A model generated the notes under the pieces. That model saw only the letters and a program-made list of their open reading frames with translations. It had not been told where the DNA came from and ran no database searches. Source: an uncultured bacterium (lineage in GTDB: Bacteria; Bacteroidota; Bacteroidia; Bacteroidales; Muribaculaceae). From it: a stretch of 51,121 bases of DNA. Of this stretch, positions 8,608 to 18,895 are shown piece by piece. The stretch's first letter is position 1, and the number at the start of each line of letters is the position of its first letter. The DNA is taken from positions 1 through 51,121 of the forward strand of contig CAMHGU010000001.1 of assembly GCA_946184715.1 (NCBI GenBank), given 5' to 3'. The position numbers and the translations under genes were made by a program.

Positions 8608-11600
8608 ATGAGAAAAAAGTTACTTCTTTTCTGTGGGGTACTACTGATGGCACTCAATGCGCTGGCCGACGTCACTGTGACGGGCGTAGTGCTTGAGGAA
8701 GGGACCAATGAGCCCGCCATCGGCGCTACAGTGGCGTGCAAGGAGAAGCCTTCGATAGCTACGGCTACCGACCTCGAAGGTAACTTCACGCTGAAAGTGC
8801 CCTCTGCCAATTCTCACTTGCAGGTGACTTACGTAGGCATGCAGACCAAGACCGTGAAGGTCAGCTCCGAGCCTATGACGATCACCCTCGTTTCCGATTC
8901 AAAGGTGCTTACCGAAGTGGTGGTAACCGGTATGGGTACTACCGATAAGCGTCTTTACACCGGTGCCACCACCAAGATTGATGCCTCGAAGACGAAGCTT
9001 GACGGTGTGGCCGACATTACCCGTTCGCTCGAAGGACGCGCCGCCGGTGTGTCGGTGCAGAACGTGTCGGGTACGTTCGGTACGGCTCCGAAGATTCGCG
9101 TGCGCGGTGCCACATCAATCTACGGCACATCAAAGCCCCTTTGGGTGGTTGATGGCGTGGTGATGGAGGACGCCGTTGAAATCTCGGCCGACGACCTGTC
9201 GTCGGGCGATGCCGTGACGCTTATCTCCTCGGCCATCGCCGGCCTCAATGCCGACGATATCGAGAGCTTCCAGATCCTCAAGGACGGCTCGGCTACATCA
9301 ATCTATGGCGCGCGCGCCATGGCCGGTGTGATTGTCGTCACCACCAAGCAGGGTAAGGCTGGCTCCACAAGCATCAACTATACAGGTGAGTTCACTTATC
9401 GCCTTAAGCCCCGCTACTCCGAGTTCAACATCAGCAACTCGCAGGAGCAGATGGGTATATATAAGGAGATGAAAGATAAGGGGTGGCTTGAATTCTCATC
9501 GCTTGTCAACTCCACGAGCTCGGGTGTGTACGGTACGATGTACAAGCTCATCGACCAGTACGACCCCGCTACCGGAAAATATGGCTTGGCCAACACCGAG
9601 CAGGCTATGAACGAATACCTGCGCGGCGCCGAGTTCCGCAACACCGACTGGTTTGACCTGCTGTTCAACAACACCGTGATGCAGAACCACGCTATCAGCA
9701 TCAGCGGCGGTACCGACCGCGGTCGCTACTACACCTCTACCTCTATTATGTACGACCCTGGATGGACCAAGACCAGCTCCGTAAATCGTTACACCTTCAA
9801 CGGTAACGCCTCTTACGACCTGTCGAAGACCCTCCGCGTGAAGATCCTTACGGCCGACTCCTATCGTAAGCAGAAAGCGCCCGGCACTCTGAGCCAGGAC
9901 GTCGATGTGGTGAGCGGTGAGGTGAAGCGTAGCTTCGATATCAACCCTTACTCCTATTCGCTCAACACTTCGCGCACTACCGACCCGAATGCTATCAGCA
10001 CTCGTAACTATGCCGACTTCAACATCTTCAATGAGTTGAAGAACAACTATATCGACATCGACGTGCTCGATGTCAAGTTCCAAGGCGAATTAAACTGGCG
10101 ACCCATCAACGGTCTGGAACTCAACGCCATAGCCGACTACCGCTATAGCAGCTCCAAGCAGAACCACTACGTGAAGAACCAGTCGAATCAAGCTATGGCC
10201 TATCGCGCCGGTATCTTCCCCGAGAACGCTACCATCCGCGATAGCAACCCGTACCTCTACACCGACCCCGATGTGCCCAATGCTCTTCCGCAGACGGTAC
10301 TTCCTAAGGGCGGTATCCTCTACCACACCTTATATAGTATGAGCCAGTTCGACTTCCGTGGCACTGCCCAATATAATAAGGTGTTCAGCTCCGACCACAT
10401 CACCAACTTTATGGTGGGTGCTGAGGCCAGCTCCATCAATCGCCACACTGAGGCGTTCACCGGTTGGGGCATTGACTACGACAACGGTAACCTGCCGTTC
10501 CTCGACTACACGATGTTCAAGCAGATGGACGAGGAGAATGGTGTGTACTACAGCGACAGCTGGACTTATCGCCGCAACGCCGCCTTCTTCGGCACGGCAA
10601 GCTACTCGTGGAAGAGCCGCTACGTGTTCAACGGCGTGCTTCGCTACGAAGGCTCCAACAAGCTCGGCAAGTCCAACCAGAGCCGTTGGCTCCCCACGTG
10701 GAACGTATCGGCAGCGTGGAACGCTCACGAAGAGCCCTGGCTCGCAAGCATCTTCCAGCGCGAAGACGCTTGGTGGAACCACGCTAAGCTCCGTCTCTCT
10801 TACTCGCTTACCGGCGAGAGCGGCCCCGACTATGTGTCCAATGCCACTCCCCAGTTCTATCCCTTCCGCCCGTGGCGTCCTACCACCGAGGCTAAGGAAC
10901 TCGGCCTTGAGCTCTCCGAGCTCGGCAATAGCGAGCTGACCTACGAGAAGAAGCACGAGTTTGACCTCGGTGTTGACCTCGGTTTCCTCCAGAACCGCAT
11001 CAACCTGTCGTTCGACTGGTACATCCGTAACAACTACGACCTTATCGGCCGTATCTACACCGAGGGTGTAGGCGGTGTCACCCAGAAGTATGCCAACGTG
11101 GCCTCGATGCGCTCCCACGGTGTGGAATTCACCCTCACCACCCGCAACTTCGATACCCAGGACTTCGACTGGACCACCGACTTCACCTTCGCCTACGCGA
11201 AGAACAAGATTACCGAGCTGCAATCGCGCTCGCGCGTCATCGACCTTATCCAGGGTACCGGTTTCCCACTTCAGGACTATCCCGTGCGCGCCATCTTCTC
11301 TATCCCCTTCGTAGGCCTCAACAACGAGGGTCTGCCTATGATTATCAACGAGGATGGCGATGTCACCACCTCCAACATCAACTTCCAGGAATTTGAGAAG
11401 CTCGACTTCTTGAAGTACGAAGGTCCGGTTGACCCCATCATCACCGGTGGTCTTAACAACTCGTTCCGCTGGAAGAACTGGAGCGCCAACCTCTTCATCA
11501 CCTATTCGTTCGGCAACAAGCTTCGCCTCTCGCCCGACTTCGCGGCCGCCTACAGCGACCTCGACGCTATGCCCAAGGAGTTCAAGAACCGTTGGGTGAA

Positions 11601-11949
11601 GCCCGGCGACGAAGCCTACACCAACGTGCCCGTCATCGCCTCGCGCCGTCAGTACTACAACGACAGCCAGCTCTCCTACGCCTACAACGCCTACAACTAT
11701 TCTACGGCACGCGTAGCCAGTGGCAGTTTCATTCGTTTGAAGGACATCTCCATCACTTACAACTTGCCCGACCGCGCCCTCAAGGCTCTCCGCCTCAACT
11801 CCGCCTCGGTGAAGCTGCAAGCCACCAACCTCTTCTTGATCTATCGCGACAAGAAGCTCAATGGTCAGGATCCTGAATTCTTCAACAGCGGCGGTGTGGC
11901 TACTCCTATGCCTAAGCAGTTTACGCTCACTCTCCGTTTTGGTCTCTAA
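8608..11949 (+). CDS. SusC/RagA-family TonB-dependent outer-membrane transporter
   Basis: About 1113 aa. Signal peptide, then a carboxypeptidase-regulatory-like N-terminal domain (VTGVVLEEGTNEPAIGATV), a plug region (IRVRGATSIYG), a long barrel and a C-terminal ...FTLTLRFGL. A SusD gene follows immediately. No STN/anti-sigma-contact extension is present. ATG 8608 is preferred over GTG 8602. Confidence 0.92.
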   Translation: MRKKLLLFCGVLLMALNALADVTVTGVVLEEGTNEPAIGATVACKEKPSIATATDLEGNFTLKVPSANSHLQVTYVGMQTKTVKVSSEPMTITLVSDSKVLTEVVVTGMGTTDKRLYTGATTKIDASKTKLDGVADITRSLEGRAAGVSVQNVSGTFGTAPKIRVRGATSIYGTSKPLWVVDGVVMEDAVEISADDLSSGDAVTLISSAIAGLNADDIESFQILKDGSATSIYGARAMAGVIVVTTKQGKAGSTSINYTGEFTYRLKPRYSEFNISNSQEQMGIYKEMKDKGWLEFSSLVNSTSSGVYGTMYKLIDQYDPATGKYGLANTEQAMNEYLRGAEFRNTDWFDLLFNNTVMQNHAISISGGTDRGRYYTSTSIMYDPGWTKTSSVNRYTFNGNASYDLSKTLRVKILTADSYRKQKAPGTLSQDVDVVSGEVKRSFDINPYSYSLNTSRTTDPNAISTRNYADFNIFNELKNNYIDIDVLDVKFQGELNWRPINGLELNAIADYRYSSSKQNHYVKNQSNQAMAYRAGIFPENATIRDSNPYLYTDPDVPNALPQTVLPKGGILYHTLYSMSQFDFRGTAQYNKVFSSDHITNFMVGAEASSINRHTEAFTGWGIDYDNGNLPFLDYTMFKQMDEENGVYYSDSWTYRRNAAFFGTASYSWKSRYVFNGVLRYEGSNKLGKSNQSRWLPTWNVSAAWNAHEEPWLASIFQREDAWWNHAKLRLSYSLTGESGPDYVSNATPQFYPFRPWRPTTEAKELGLELSELGNSELTYEKKHEFDLGVDLGFLQNRINLSFDWYIRNNYDLIGRIYTEGVGGVTQKYANVASMRSHGVEFTLTTRNFDTQDFDWTTDFTFAYAKNKITELQSRSRVIDLIQGTGFPLQDYPVRAIFSIPFVGLNNEGLPMIINEDGDVTTSNINFQEFEKLDFLKYEGPVDPIITGGLNNSFRWKNWSANLFITYSFGNKLRLSPDFAAAYSDLDAMPKEFKNRWVKPGDEAYTNVPVIASRRQYYNDSQLSYAYNAYNYSTARVASGSFIRLKDISITYNLPDRALKALRLNSASVKLQATNLFLIYRDKKLNGQDPEFFNSGGVATPMPKQFTLTLRFGL

Positions 11950-11971
11950 TCGTTAACAGGAACTTACTACT

Positions 11972-13681
11972 ATGAAGATAAATAAGATAACAATGCTGAT
12001 AGGTAGCGCCCTGGTGGTGCTTGGAATGGCGTCGTGCAACGACTTCCTCGACAAGGTGCCCGACACCCGCGTCGACATCAACACCTCGCCTGAGCAAGTG
12101 CGCCTGCTCCTCGTTGACGGATATATGCGCTACAACTATACCATCCCCTGCGAATTCTCTACCGACAACGTGGTGGACAACAACGCCCCCAACCAGAACG
12201 GCCTCCGCTACAACCTCCCGTCGTACGACCGTATGGACGATGAAATTTTCCGCTTCGACGACGTCAAGTCGGGTACCGGCGAAGACTCGCCCTCCTCGAT
12301 ATGGGAAGGCTGCTACCACGCCATCGCCGCTGCCAACCACGCTCTCGAAGCTATCGCTAAATTTGAGGCCGACGGTCGCGGCAGCGAGGTGCAAGCCCTC
12401 AAGGGCGAAGCGCTCGTGATTCGCGCCTTCCACGCCTTCCTGCTCACCCAGGTGTTCTGCATGCCCTATCGCGGCGCTGAGCTCAGCAAGTCGATTCAGG
12501 GTATTCCGTATCCCACTGAGCCTGAGACCAAGGTGCTTGTGCACTACGACCGCGGCAACCTCGCCGACACTTACGACGCCATCGAGCGTGACCTCCTCGA
12601 AGGCCTGCCGCTCATTGATGACCAGATTTACGATGTGCCCAAGTATCACTTCAACCGAGCCGCAGCCAACGCCTTTGCCGCCCGCTTCTATCTCAACAAG
12701 CGCGAATACGACAAGGTGCTCCAGTACTGCAACGCCGCTTTCGGTGGCGAAGCCGTCGATCCGTCGCCCTTTATGAGCAACATCTGGTCGCAGACCAACC
12801 TCTACTATCTGAGCGACTTCGGCCGCTACTTCACCAATGTGCTTCAGCAGCGCAACCTGCTCTGCACCGCTACCTACTCGATTGCGGCTCGTCACTTCAC
12901 CGGCGGTCATCGCTACGCCTGCAACGGCTCGGCCAAGCGTGCCACTATCCAAGGCCCCGGCCCGTCGTGGGAAAAATGCCGCTGGAGCTCCAGCGCCACC
13001 GGCGAGACCTTCGCTATGAACCCCTGCTTCTATGCTTGCTGCTTCATCAACGGCAACCAGGAGTACGGCACATTCTTCGGCGGCCCGCTCGGCGAGCAGT
13101 TTGAATACACCGACAAGGTGGCCGGTATCGGCTATGCCCACATCGTATATCCTGAGTTTACCGGTGAAGAGGTGCTCTTGATGCGTGCCGAAGCCAAGCT
13201 CTTCCTCGGCGACATCGCCGGAGCCGTGGCCGACCTCAAGGTATGGGACGACGCCCACCAGATCAACAGCGCCGGCGACGACCGCACCGTGCCCCTCACC
13301 GCCGAGCTTATCAACGACTTCTACACTCGCTACGAGGACTCGCAGGAGTTTGGCATAGCCAAGAAGATTCACATCGACGAGGTGTGCCCCAGCGACAAGT
13401 ATTCGGCTGCCGGCATTATGCCTTACCTGCAGTGCGTGCAGCACTTCCGCCGCATCGAGTTTATCCACAACGGTAAGCGCTTCTTCGACATCAAGCGCTA
13501 CGGTATCGAGATCACCCACTTCATAGGCAAGACCGACAAGGTCACCCTCCAGGTGCTCGACCCGCGCTGGGCTATGCAGATACCCACCGAGGTGCTCTCG
13601 GCTGGTATGGAACCCAACTTCCGCGCCGCAAGCCCCACTACCGATGAGACAGCTCGCGCTAAATTCTCAATGGCTAACTAA
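11972..13681 (+). CDS. SusD/RagB-family nutrient-binding outer-membrane lipoprotein
   Basis: Lipobox LGMASC followed by NDFLDKVPDTRV, the typical SusD N-terminus. It is TPR-like helical, 569 aa, and sits 22 nt after susC. Confidence 0.9.
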   Translation: MKINKITMLIGSALVVLGMASCNDFLDKVPDTRVDINTSPEQVRLLLVDGYMRYNYTIPCEFSTDNVVDNNAPNQNGLRYNLPSYDRMDDEIFRFDDVKSGTGEDSPSSIWEGCYHAIAAANHALEAIAKFEADGRGSEVQALKGEALVIRAFHAFLLTQVFCMPYRGAELSKSIQGIPYPTEPETKVLVHYDRGNLADTYDAIERDLLEGLPLIDDQIYDVPKYHFNRAAANAFAARFYLNKREYDKVLQYCNAAFGGEAVDPSPFMSNIWSQTNLYYLSDFGRYFTNVLQQRNLLCTATYSIAARHFTGGHRYACNGSAKRATIQGPGPSWEKCRWSSSATGETFAMNPCFYACCFINGNQEYGTFFGGPLGEQFEYTDKVAGIGYAHIVYPEFTGEEVLLMRAEAKLFLGDIAGAVADLKVWDDAHQINSAGDDRTVPLTAELINDFYTRYEDSQEFGIAKKIHIDEVCPSDKYSAAGIMPYLQCVQHFRRIEFIHNGKRFFDIKRYGIEITHFIGKTDKVTLQVLDPRWAMQIPTEVLSAGMEPNFRAASPTTDETARAKFSMAN

Positions 13682-13699
13682 TCCAAAATTGTCACAGTC

Positions 13700-14833
13700 A
13701 TGAAAGCAACCAAACTTATATATTCAGCTTTAGCGCTTGCCGTTGTGGCACTCTCATCGTGCAGCAAGGACAAGTTTACCGACACCATCTTCCCCGATGT
13801 CGATAACGAGCTCGACCCCAACTCCTACACATATAAATTCGACAAGTGGATTCAGCAGAGCTATCTGCTGCCTTACAACCTCGAGTTCCGCTATAAGATG
13901 GAGGACGTGAGCGCCGATATGAACTACAACCTCGTGCCTGCCGAGCTTGATAAAGCTATGGATCTGGCCGTGCTTACGAAGCACCTGTGGTTTGACGTGT
14001 ACAAAGATATCGTCAATGCCGACTTCTGCAAGCAGTATGGTCCCCGCATCATCCACCTCATCGGTTCGCCGGCCTACAACCCCAACTCCGGTACCGAAAT
14101 CCTCGGTTTGGCCGAGGGCGGTGTCAAGGTCACCCTCTTCAAGGTCAATGAGCTTAACGACCCCACTCCGGCCAACATCGAATTCTTGAATGAATACTAC
14201 TTCAAGACGATGCACCACGAGTTCTCCCACATCTTGCACCAGACCAAGTCGTACCCCAACGAGTTTGGCCTCATCAGCACCGGTCTCTACGATGCCAACA
14301 ACTGGCAGGATAAGCCCGAAGGCTATGTGAACTCGCGCGGTTTCGTCACTCCCTACGCCAGTTCGCAGGTGCGTGAAGACTTCGCCGAGACGATTGCCAA
14401 CTACATCGTCAAGACCGATGAGGACTACAAGAAGATCTACGACTACGCCGCAAGCGGCTGGGCTACCGACGATGCCGACGCCCTCACTCCCGTGTACTAT
14501 CGCTGGTACTACTGGAAGAACAACGAGGTAACCCCCGAGCAGCCCGAGAATATGGTGTACGTAAGCGATGCCGAGTGTGTATTCACTTACGACGAGGAAG
14601 GCAACCGTATCGGTGTCAACCTCCGCTCCGATAAGAGCATCATCGTCTATCCCGTGGAGGATACCGACGGCGTGGATGGCGTGGCTGTCATCAAGCAGAA
14701 GATTGAAATCGCCCGCAACTGGTTCAAGTCGGCCTGGAATGCCGACCTCGATGCCCTCCGCAATGAGGTGCAGGTGCGCCAGGTGAGCTACGACATCAAC
14801 GCTCTGCGCAAAGAAATTACTGACATTCAATAA
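13700..14833 (+). CDS. Substrate-import-associated zinc metallohydrolase lipoprotein (HExxH)
   Basis: Lipobox LSSC. HEFSH zinc motif at nt 14216-14230. The position directly after a SusC/SusD pair is typical for this lipoprotein family (family name from memory). Confidence 0.75.
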   Translation: MKATKLIYSALALAVVALSSCSKDKFTDTIFPDVDNELDPNSYTYKFDKWIQQSYLLPYNLEFRYKMEDVSADMNYNLVPAELDKAMDLAVLTKHLWFDVYKDIVNADFCKQYGPRIIHLIGSPAYNPNSGTEILGLAEGGVKVTLFKVNELNDPTPANIEFLNEYYFKTMHHEFSHILHQTKSYPNEFGLISTGLYDANNWQDKPEGYVNSRGFVTPYASSQVREDFAETIANYIVKTDEDYKKIYDYAASGWATDDADALTPVYYRWYYWKNNEVTPEQPENMVYVSDAECVFTYDEEGNRIGVNLRSDKSIIVYPVEDTDGVDGVAVIKQKIEIARNWFKSAWNADLDALRNEVQVRQVSYDINALRKEITDIQ

Positions 14834-14845
14834 TTTTGCACTGAT

Positions 14846-16180
14846 ATGAAACTGAATAAACTTTCCTATATAGCAGCCGCGTTATTGGCACTCACTGCTG
14901 CCACATCGTGCAAAAGCGAAATCGACGACATCTTCGACAAGTCGGCTGCCGAGCGTATTGAAGACGCTATCAGCGACTACACCAAGGTCCTCACTTCGGC
15001 TCCTAACGGCTGGGTGATGCAATACTTCGCCACCGATGAGGAAAAGGGCTATATCTACTATATGAATTTCAAGGCCGATGGCTCCGTAGTCATCGCCAGC
15101 GACAACGAGTGGATAGGCAACACTTATAAAGAGGAGACCAGTGTGTTCCAGGTAATCGGCGACGATGGCCCGGTGCTCACTTTCAATAGCTACAACACGC
15201 TCTTCCATCTCTTTGCCGACCCTAACGACGTGCCCGAATGGGGCGGCGACGTGCTCGGTGAAGGCCACAAGGGTGACTACGAGTTCCGCGTGATGGGCTA
15301 CGATGAGGCCACTCAGACTATGACCCTCCGCGGCAAGAAGCGCAACATCGAGATTCTTCTCACCCAGCTTCCCGCCGGCGTCAATCCTGAGCAGTACTTC
15401 GCCGACCTCAAGGAGAAACGACCCGCCGTGCTCGACGAGCGCGTTACCCTGCTGTATCTCACCACCCCCAAACACGAGTATATTGTGTACGATATGGCTT
15501 CGTGCGAAATAGGCTACTTCCCTGTGGATGGCGATGAGATTGCCGACATTCAGTATGCCACTTGCGTATTCAATGGCGACGGCATCCGCTTCGCCACTCC
15601 TCTCGAGCTCGACGGCGCCACCGTGCAGAACTTCAAGCTCAACTCGGCTGGCATTCTCGAGTGTGTAGATAAGGACCAGACTGCCACCCTCAGCCCCGGT
15701 AAGCTCTACGACGTGTTCACTTCAGTCAACTACGCTTGGCAGATGGATTCACAGTCGCTCACCGGTAGCGTTTCTGATGCATATCAAGCCGTGGTGGACG
15801 AAAGCAAGGCCAAGACCGGCGGTTTCGGACAGAATTTCCGCTACTTCTTGTTCGACATCTTTGTAGATGCCGATGGCGTTGTGCATCCGGCCCTTAGCTT
15901 CCGCAACGGTAACGCAACAGGCCACTTCTACCTCGACAAGAACGAAGCCGGCGACAACGGCGTCAAGTTTGCCTTTACCGGAAGCGGCGATGCTGTAGCG
16001 CTCCGCTACATGGAGCTTGAGAACGGTCCCACCTTCACCACTAAGGCTTATCAGGACTTCATCGCCCTGCTCACAGCCGGCGAGTGGACTATCACTGCCA
16101 ATTCGGCTATGGCTCCCACTGAGCTTACCTTCGTCAATAAGAACAACACTGCCGACACTTTCAAGGTAGTGCTCCAATGA
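14846..16180 (+). CDS. DUF4302-like surface lipoprotein
   Basis: Lipobox ATSC followed by KSEIDD. It is 444 aa. In my recollection, the neighbourhood SusC-SusD-metallohydrolase-DUF4302 is recurrent in Bacteroidota. No catalytic motif was seen. Confidence 0.6.
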   Translation: MKLNKLSYIAAALLALTAATSCKSEIDDIFDKSAAERIEDAISDYTKVLTSAPNGWVMQYFATDEEKGYIYYMNFKADGSVVIASDNEWIGNTYKEETSVFQVIGDDGPVLTFNSYNTLFHLFADPNDVPEWGGDVLGEGHKGDYEFRVMGYDEATQTMTLRGKKRNIEILLTQLPAGVNPEQYFADLKEKRPAVLDERVTLLYLTTPKHEYIVYDMASCEIGYFPVDGDEIADIQYATCVFNGDGIRFATPLELDGATVQNFKLNSAGILECVDKDQTATLSPGKLYDVFTSVNYAWQMDSQSLTGSVSDAYQAVVDESKAKTGGFGQNFRYFLFDIFVDADGVVHPALSFRNGNATGHFYLDKNEAGDNGVKFAFTGSGDAVALRYMELENGPTFTTKAYQDFIALLTAGEWTITANSAMAPTELTFVNKNNTADTFKVVLQ

Positions 16181-16228
16181 TAGAATTTTCAATTTAACCT
16201 ATTTATTAATCCCTAACTACTTAGTACG

Positions 16229-18796
16229 ATGAAGAAATTTTTACTTCTTTCGCTCGTAGCTCTCACAGCAGTGGGTGCTTCGGCAACTAAGCACTTCAGC
16301 CGCGTAAGCCGTCAGGCCGACGAGATGAAGGCTGTGGTGATGCAGAAGGTGGTCAGCGACCGCTCTGATGTCCTCCGTCAGGCCGCTCAGGCTAAGGTGG
16401 TGAAATCGGTAGTCGCTAAAAACGGCACTAAGGTTCTTCTTATGGAGAACAACGGCGTGGCAAGCAAGCACCTCATCGGTGCCGCCGACGCTAAGGTGGC
16501 CGCCAAGAAGCCCCGCGTAGCCCTTAAGGACGCCGCTGAAGGAGCTTCCTTCTACGAAGACTTCGAAGAGTACGACGGCACCTCTTGGGCCTGGCTCCCC
16601 GAAGGCTGGAAGCGTGAATCGAAAGCCGGCTACGAACCCGGTGCCACTAAAGAAGAAACCGCCGGTTACAACTTCTCGTGGGCTGTATCGGCAGGCGCTT
16701 TCACCGCTATGCCGCAGGGCAAATACGGCGCTCGCGTGCAGTTTGCTCACCCCGTAAACACCACCGGTGACGAAGAGGCTGAGCCTAACTACGGTCTTGA
16801 CCCCCAAGACGAGTGGCTCTACACTCCCGTATTCACTCCCGGTCGCCAGGAGAAGATCACTGCCATCGTGCAGTACTCGCCCTTCTGGTATCGCATCAAC
16901 AACGACATCCTCTTCGAATCGTTCGAATTCGTGTTCGACGCTGAGAACTGCAACCTCGAGGTGCTCCTCTCCGAAGATGGTGGTAAGACGTTCGAAACTA
17001 AGGTATTCGACGCTATCGAATACTCGAAGCAGAAATACACCGACGAAGAGCTTGCCGAGGCGTTAGGCGAAGACATTCAGGCAAAGGTGTCGATCGACGC
17101 TACCGACTATGTAGGCAAGGAAGTGGTTCTCGCTTTCCACTACTACGGTTATGATGGCGAATCGGCAGTTGTTGACGTTGTGAAGTCGGCAATTCCGCAG
17201 CCCGAAGCTTACTACTACAACCCCACCGGTACGCTCTACTCCGGTCTCGACATTGACTGGTACAGCCTTACCGACACTTGGACAGTGCTCCCCGCTTACA
17301 CCGACGTGACTTGGCTCAACGCCTCCAACGACGATAGCGAAGAGTTCCTTTGGAGCTATGTAGATCCTGAAGGCACTCCCACAGAGGAAGGTTTCCTCTC
17401 CGATATGATTGAAACCGATGATGTTGACCTCACCGCGCAGTACGGCTTCTACGATTCGCTTGATCAGAATCCTATCCTTGCTGCTTCGGCAGGCGACTTC
17501 GGTGCTGAATACCAGGCCGATTACTCGCCCTACATCCAGTTTGGTGGCGACTTCGACCTTACCGACTACACCGCAGCCCGCAACTTCGGTCTTACCAACT
17601 GGCGCGACGTCCCTGATGCTGATGGCAACTCCATCGGCAACTGGGGCTTCGGTATCGGTTACGACGACACTTGGAATCGTATCTTTGGCACCGAGACTTC
17701 GGAGGCTCGCATGTCGGCTGTAGCTCAGTACTTCCCCAGCGCAGGTCACCCCATCCTTCTTAAGGGTGCTTGGGCTCTCGCAGGCTGGCAATCCACAAGC
17801 GACTTTGAGGTTACTGCCAATGTAATCGCTGTTAACCCCGACGGTACCCTTGGTGAAACCGTAGCTTCCGCTACCACCACTGTTCCCGCTCAGGCTGAGT
17901 TCGGCGCAGGTACTATCGAGTTCAAGTTCGAGACTATCGACCCCATCACTCAGCTCCCCGTTGATGGTGAGATTACTGTCGACAATGGTTTCCTCCTCGT
18001 ATTCGACTGGGATAAGGAAGCTGTGGATGCCGCAGGCGTTGAAGCCCTGACATTCCTTGCCAACAGTGACCCCATTGCTGATGGCGACACCTATGGCTAC
18101 TTCTTCATCGAAAGCACCGACCTCGAGACCGGTGAGGCTAAGCAGTCGCTCTATCCGACCGATGCTCTCTCAATCTCGACAGGCCCGTGCTACCTCTCGT
18201 TGTGTGTAATGATTGATGGTAGCTACACCGCTCTTGAGCCCCTCTTCGATGAAAGCGAAGCTATCATCGATGCCGACGTAGCCGGTGAAACCCGCGTATT
18301 CCCCGTGGTTACTTCCGAAGACACCGAGAGCATCTTCGTACAAGAGGATGAGGAAGGCACTCTCCCCGAGTGGGTATCCTATACTCTCGAGGACGTTTAC
18401 GGCGAAGAGACCGAAGGCCGTCGCAAGGCTGAAACTTATCAGTACACCGCCTTCACCGTTACTATCGACGCTCTCCCCGAAGGCACCGACTATCGTGAGA
18501 CCGAACTCACCCTCCGCGTGCCCGGTGATAAGATTGACTTCATTATTACTCAAGGCGAATACACAGGTGTCAACGTCGTTCGCAAGGACAATGGCATCAA
18601 GGTTTCGACCGTAGGTGACAACTTCGTAATCACCGCTCCCGCCGACGTGAAGTACGTACGCGTATTCAACGGCGCCGGTCAGCTCGTGAAGACTGCTGCC
18701 CTCAACGGCACCACCAACGTCAACAACGCCGACCTTGCTAACGGTATCTACATCCTCCGCTTCAGCAACAAGGCCGTTGTGAAAGCTGTGAAATAA
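16229..18796 (+). CDS. Large secreted protein with T9SS type-A C-terminal sorting domain
   Basis: SPI signal peptide, then a K/A-rich linker, then an FYEDFEE..W.WLPEGW segment (choice-of-anchor-J-like). The C-terminal about 75 aa (VRVFNGAGQLVKTAAL..ADLANGIYILRFSNKAVVKAVK) match the T9SS CTD pattern. Confidence 0.75.
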   Translation: MKKFLLLSLVALTAVGASATKHFSRVSRQADEMKAVVMQKVVSDRSDVLRQAAQAKVVKSVVAKNGTKVLLMENNGVASKHLIGAADAKVAAKKPRVALKDAAEGASFYEDFEEYDGTSWAWLPEGWKRESKAGYEPGATKEETAGYNFSWAVSAGAFTAMPQGKYGARVQFAHPVNTTGDEEAEPNYGLDPQDEWLYTPVFTPGRQEKITAIVQYSPFWYRINNDILFESFEFVFDAENCNLEVLLSEDGGKTFETKVFDAIEYSKQKYTDEELAEALGEDIQAKVSIDATDYVGKEVVLAFHYYGYDGESAVVDVVKSAIPQPEAYYYNPTGTLYSGLDIDWYSLTDTWTVLPAYTDVTWLNASNDDSEEFLWSYVDPEGTPTEEGFLSDMIETDDVDLTAQYGFYDSLDQNPILAASAGDFGAEYQADYSPYIQFGGDFDLTDYTAARNFGLTNWRDVPDADGNSIGNWGFGIGYDDTWNRIFGTETSEARMSAVAQYFPSAGHPILLKGAWALAGWQSTSDFEVTANVIAVNPDGTLGETVASATTTVPAQAEFGAGTIEFKFETIDPITQLPVDGEITVDNGFLLVFDWDKEAVDAAGVEALTFLANSDPIADGDTYGYFFIESTDLETGEAKQSLYPTDALSISTGPCYLSLCVMIDGSYTALEPLFDESEAIIDADVAGETRVFPVVTSEDTESIFVQEDEEGTLPEWVSYTLEDVYGEETEGRRKAETYQYTAFTVTIDALPEGTDYRETELTLRVPGDKIDFIITQGEYTGVNVVRKDNGIKVSTVGDNFVITAPADVKYVRVFNGAGQLVKTAALNGTTNVNNADLANGIYILRFSNKAVVKAVK

Positions 18797-18829
18797 ACTT
18801 TCGCACTATATAACACTATCTATCTGAGG

Positions 18830-18866
18830 AATCGGGGTTGCCGCGACTGGCAATCCCGATTTTTTA
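18830..18866 (+). terminator. Rho-independent terminator after the SusC/D operon
   Basis: Stem ATCGGGGTTGCC / GGCAATCCCGAT with one G-U pair and loop GCGACT, followed by TTTTTT. Confidence 0.7.
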
Positions 18867-18895
18867 CTGCCCCGGCGGTGCAGATGTTCCGGCGG

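Noticed and set aside
10330-14830. Long minus-strand ORFs (10330-11820, 11927-13519, 13754-14830) opposite susC, susD and the metallohydrolase
   Set aside because: They are antisense shadow ORFs of well-supported plus-strand genes. The translations are V/G/A/E-rich with no signal peptides or motifs.
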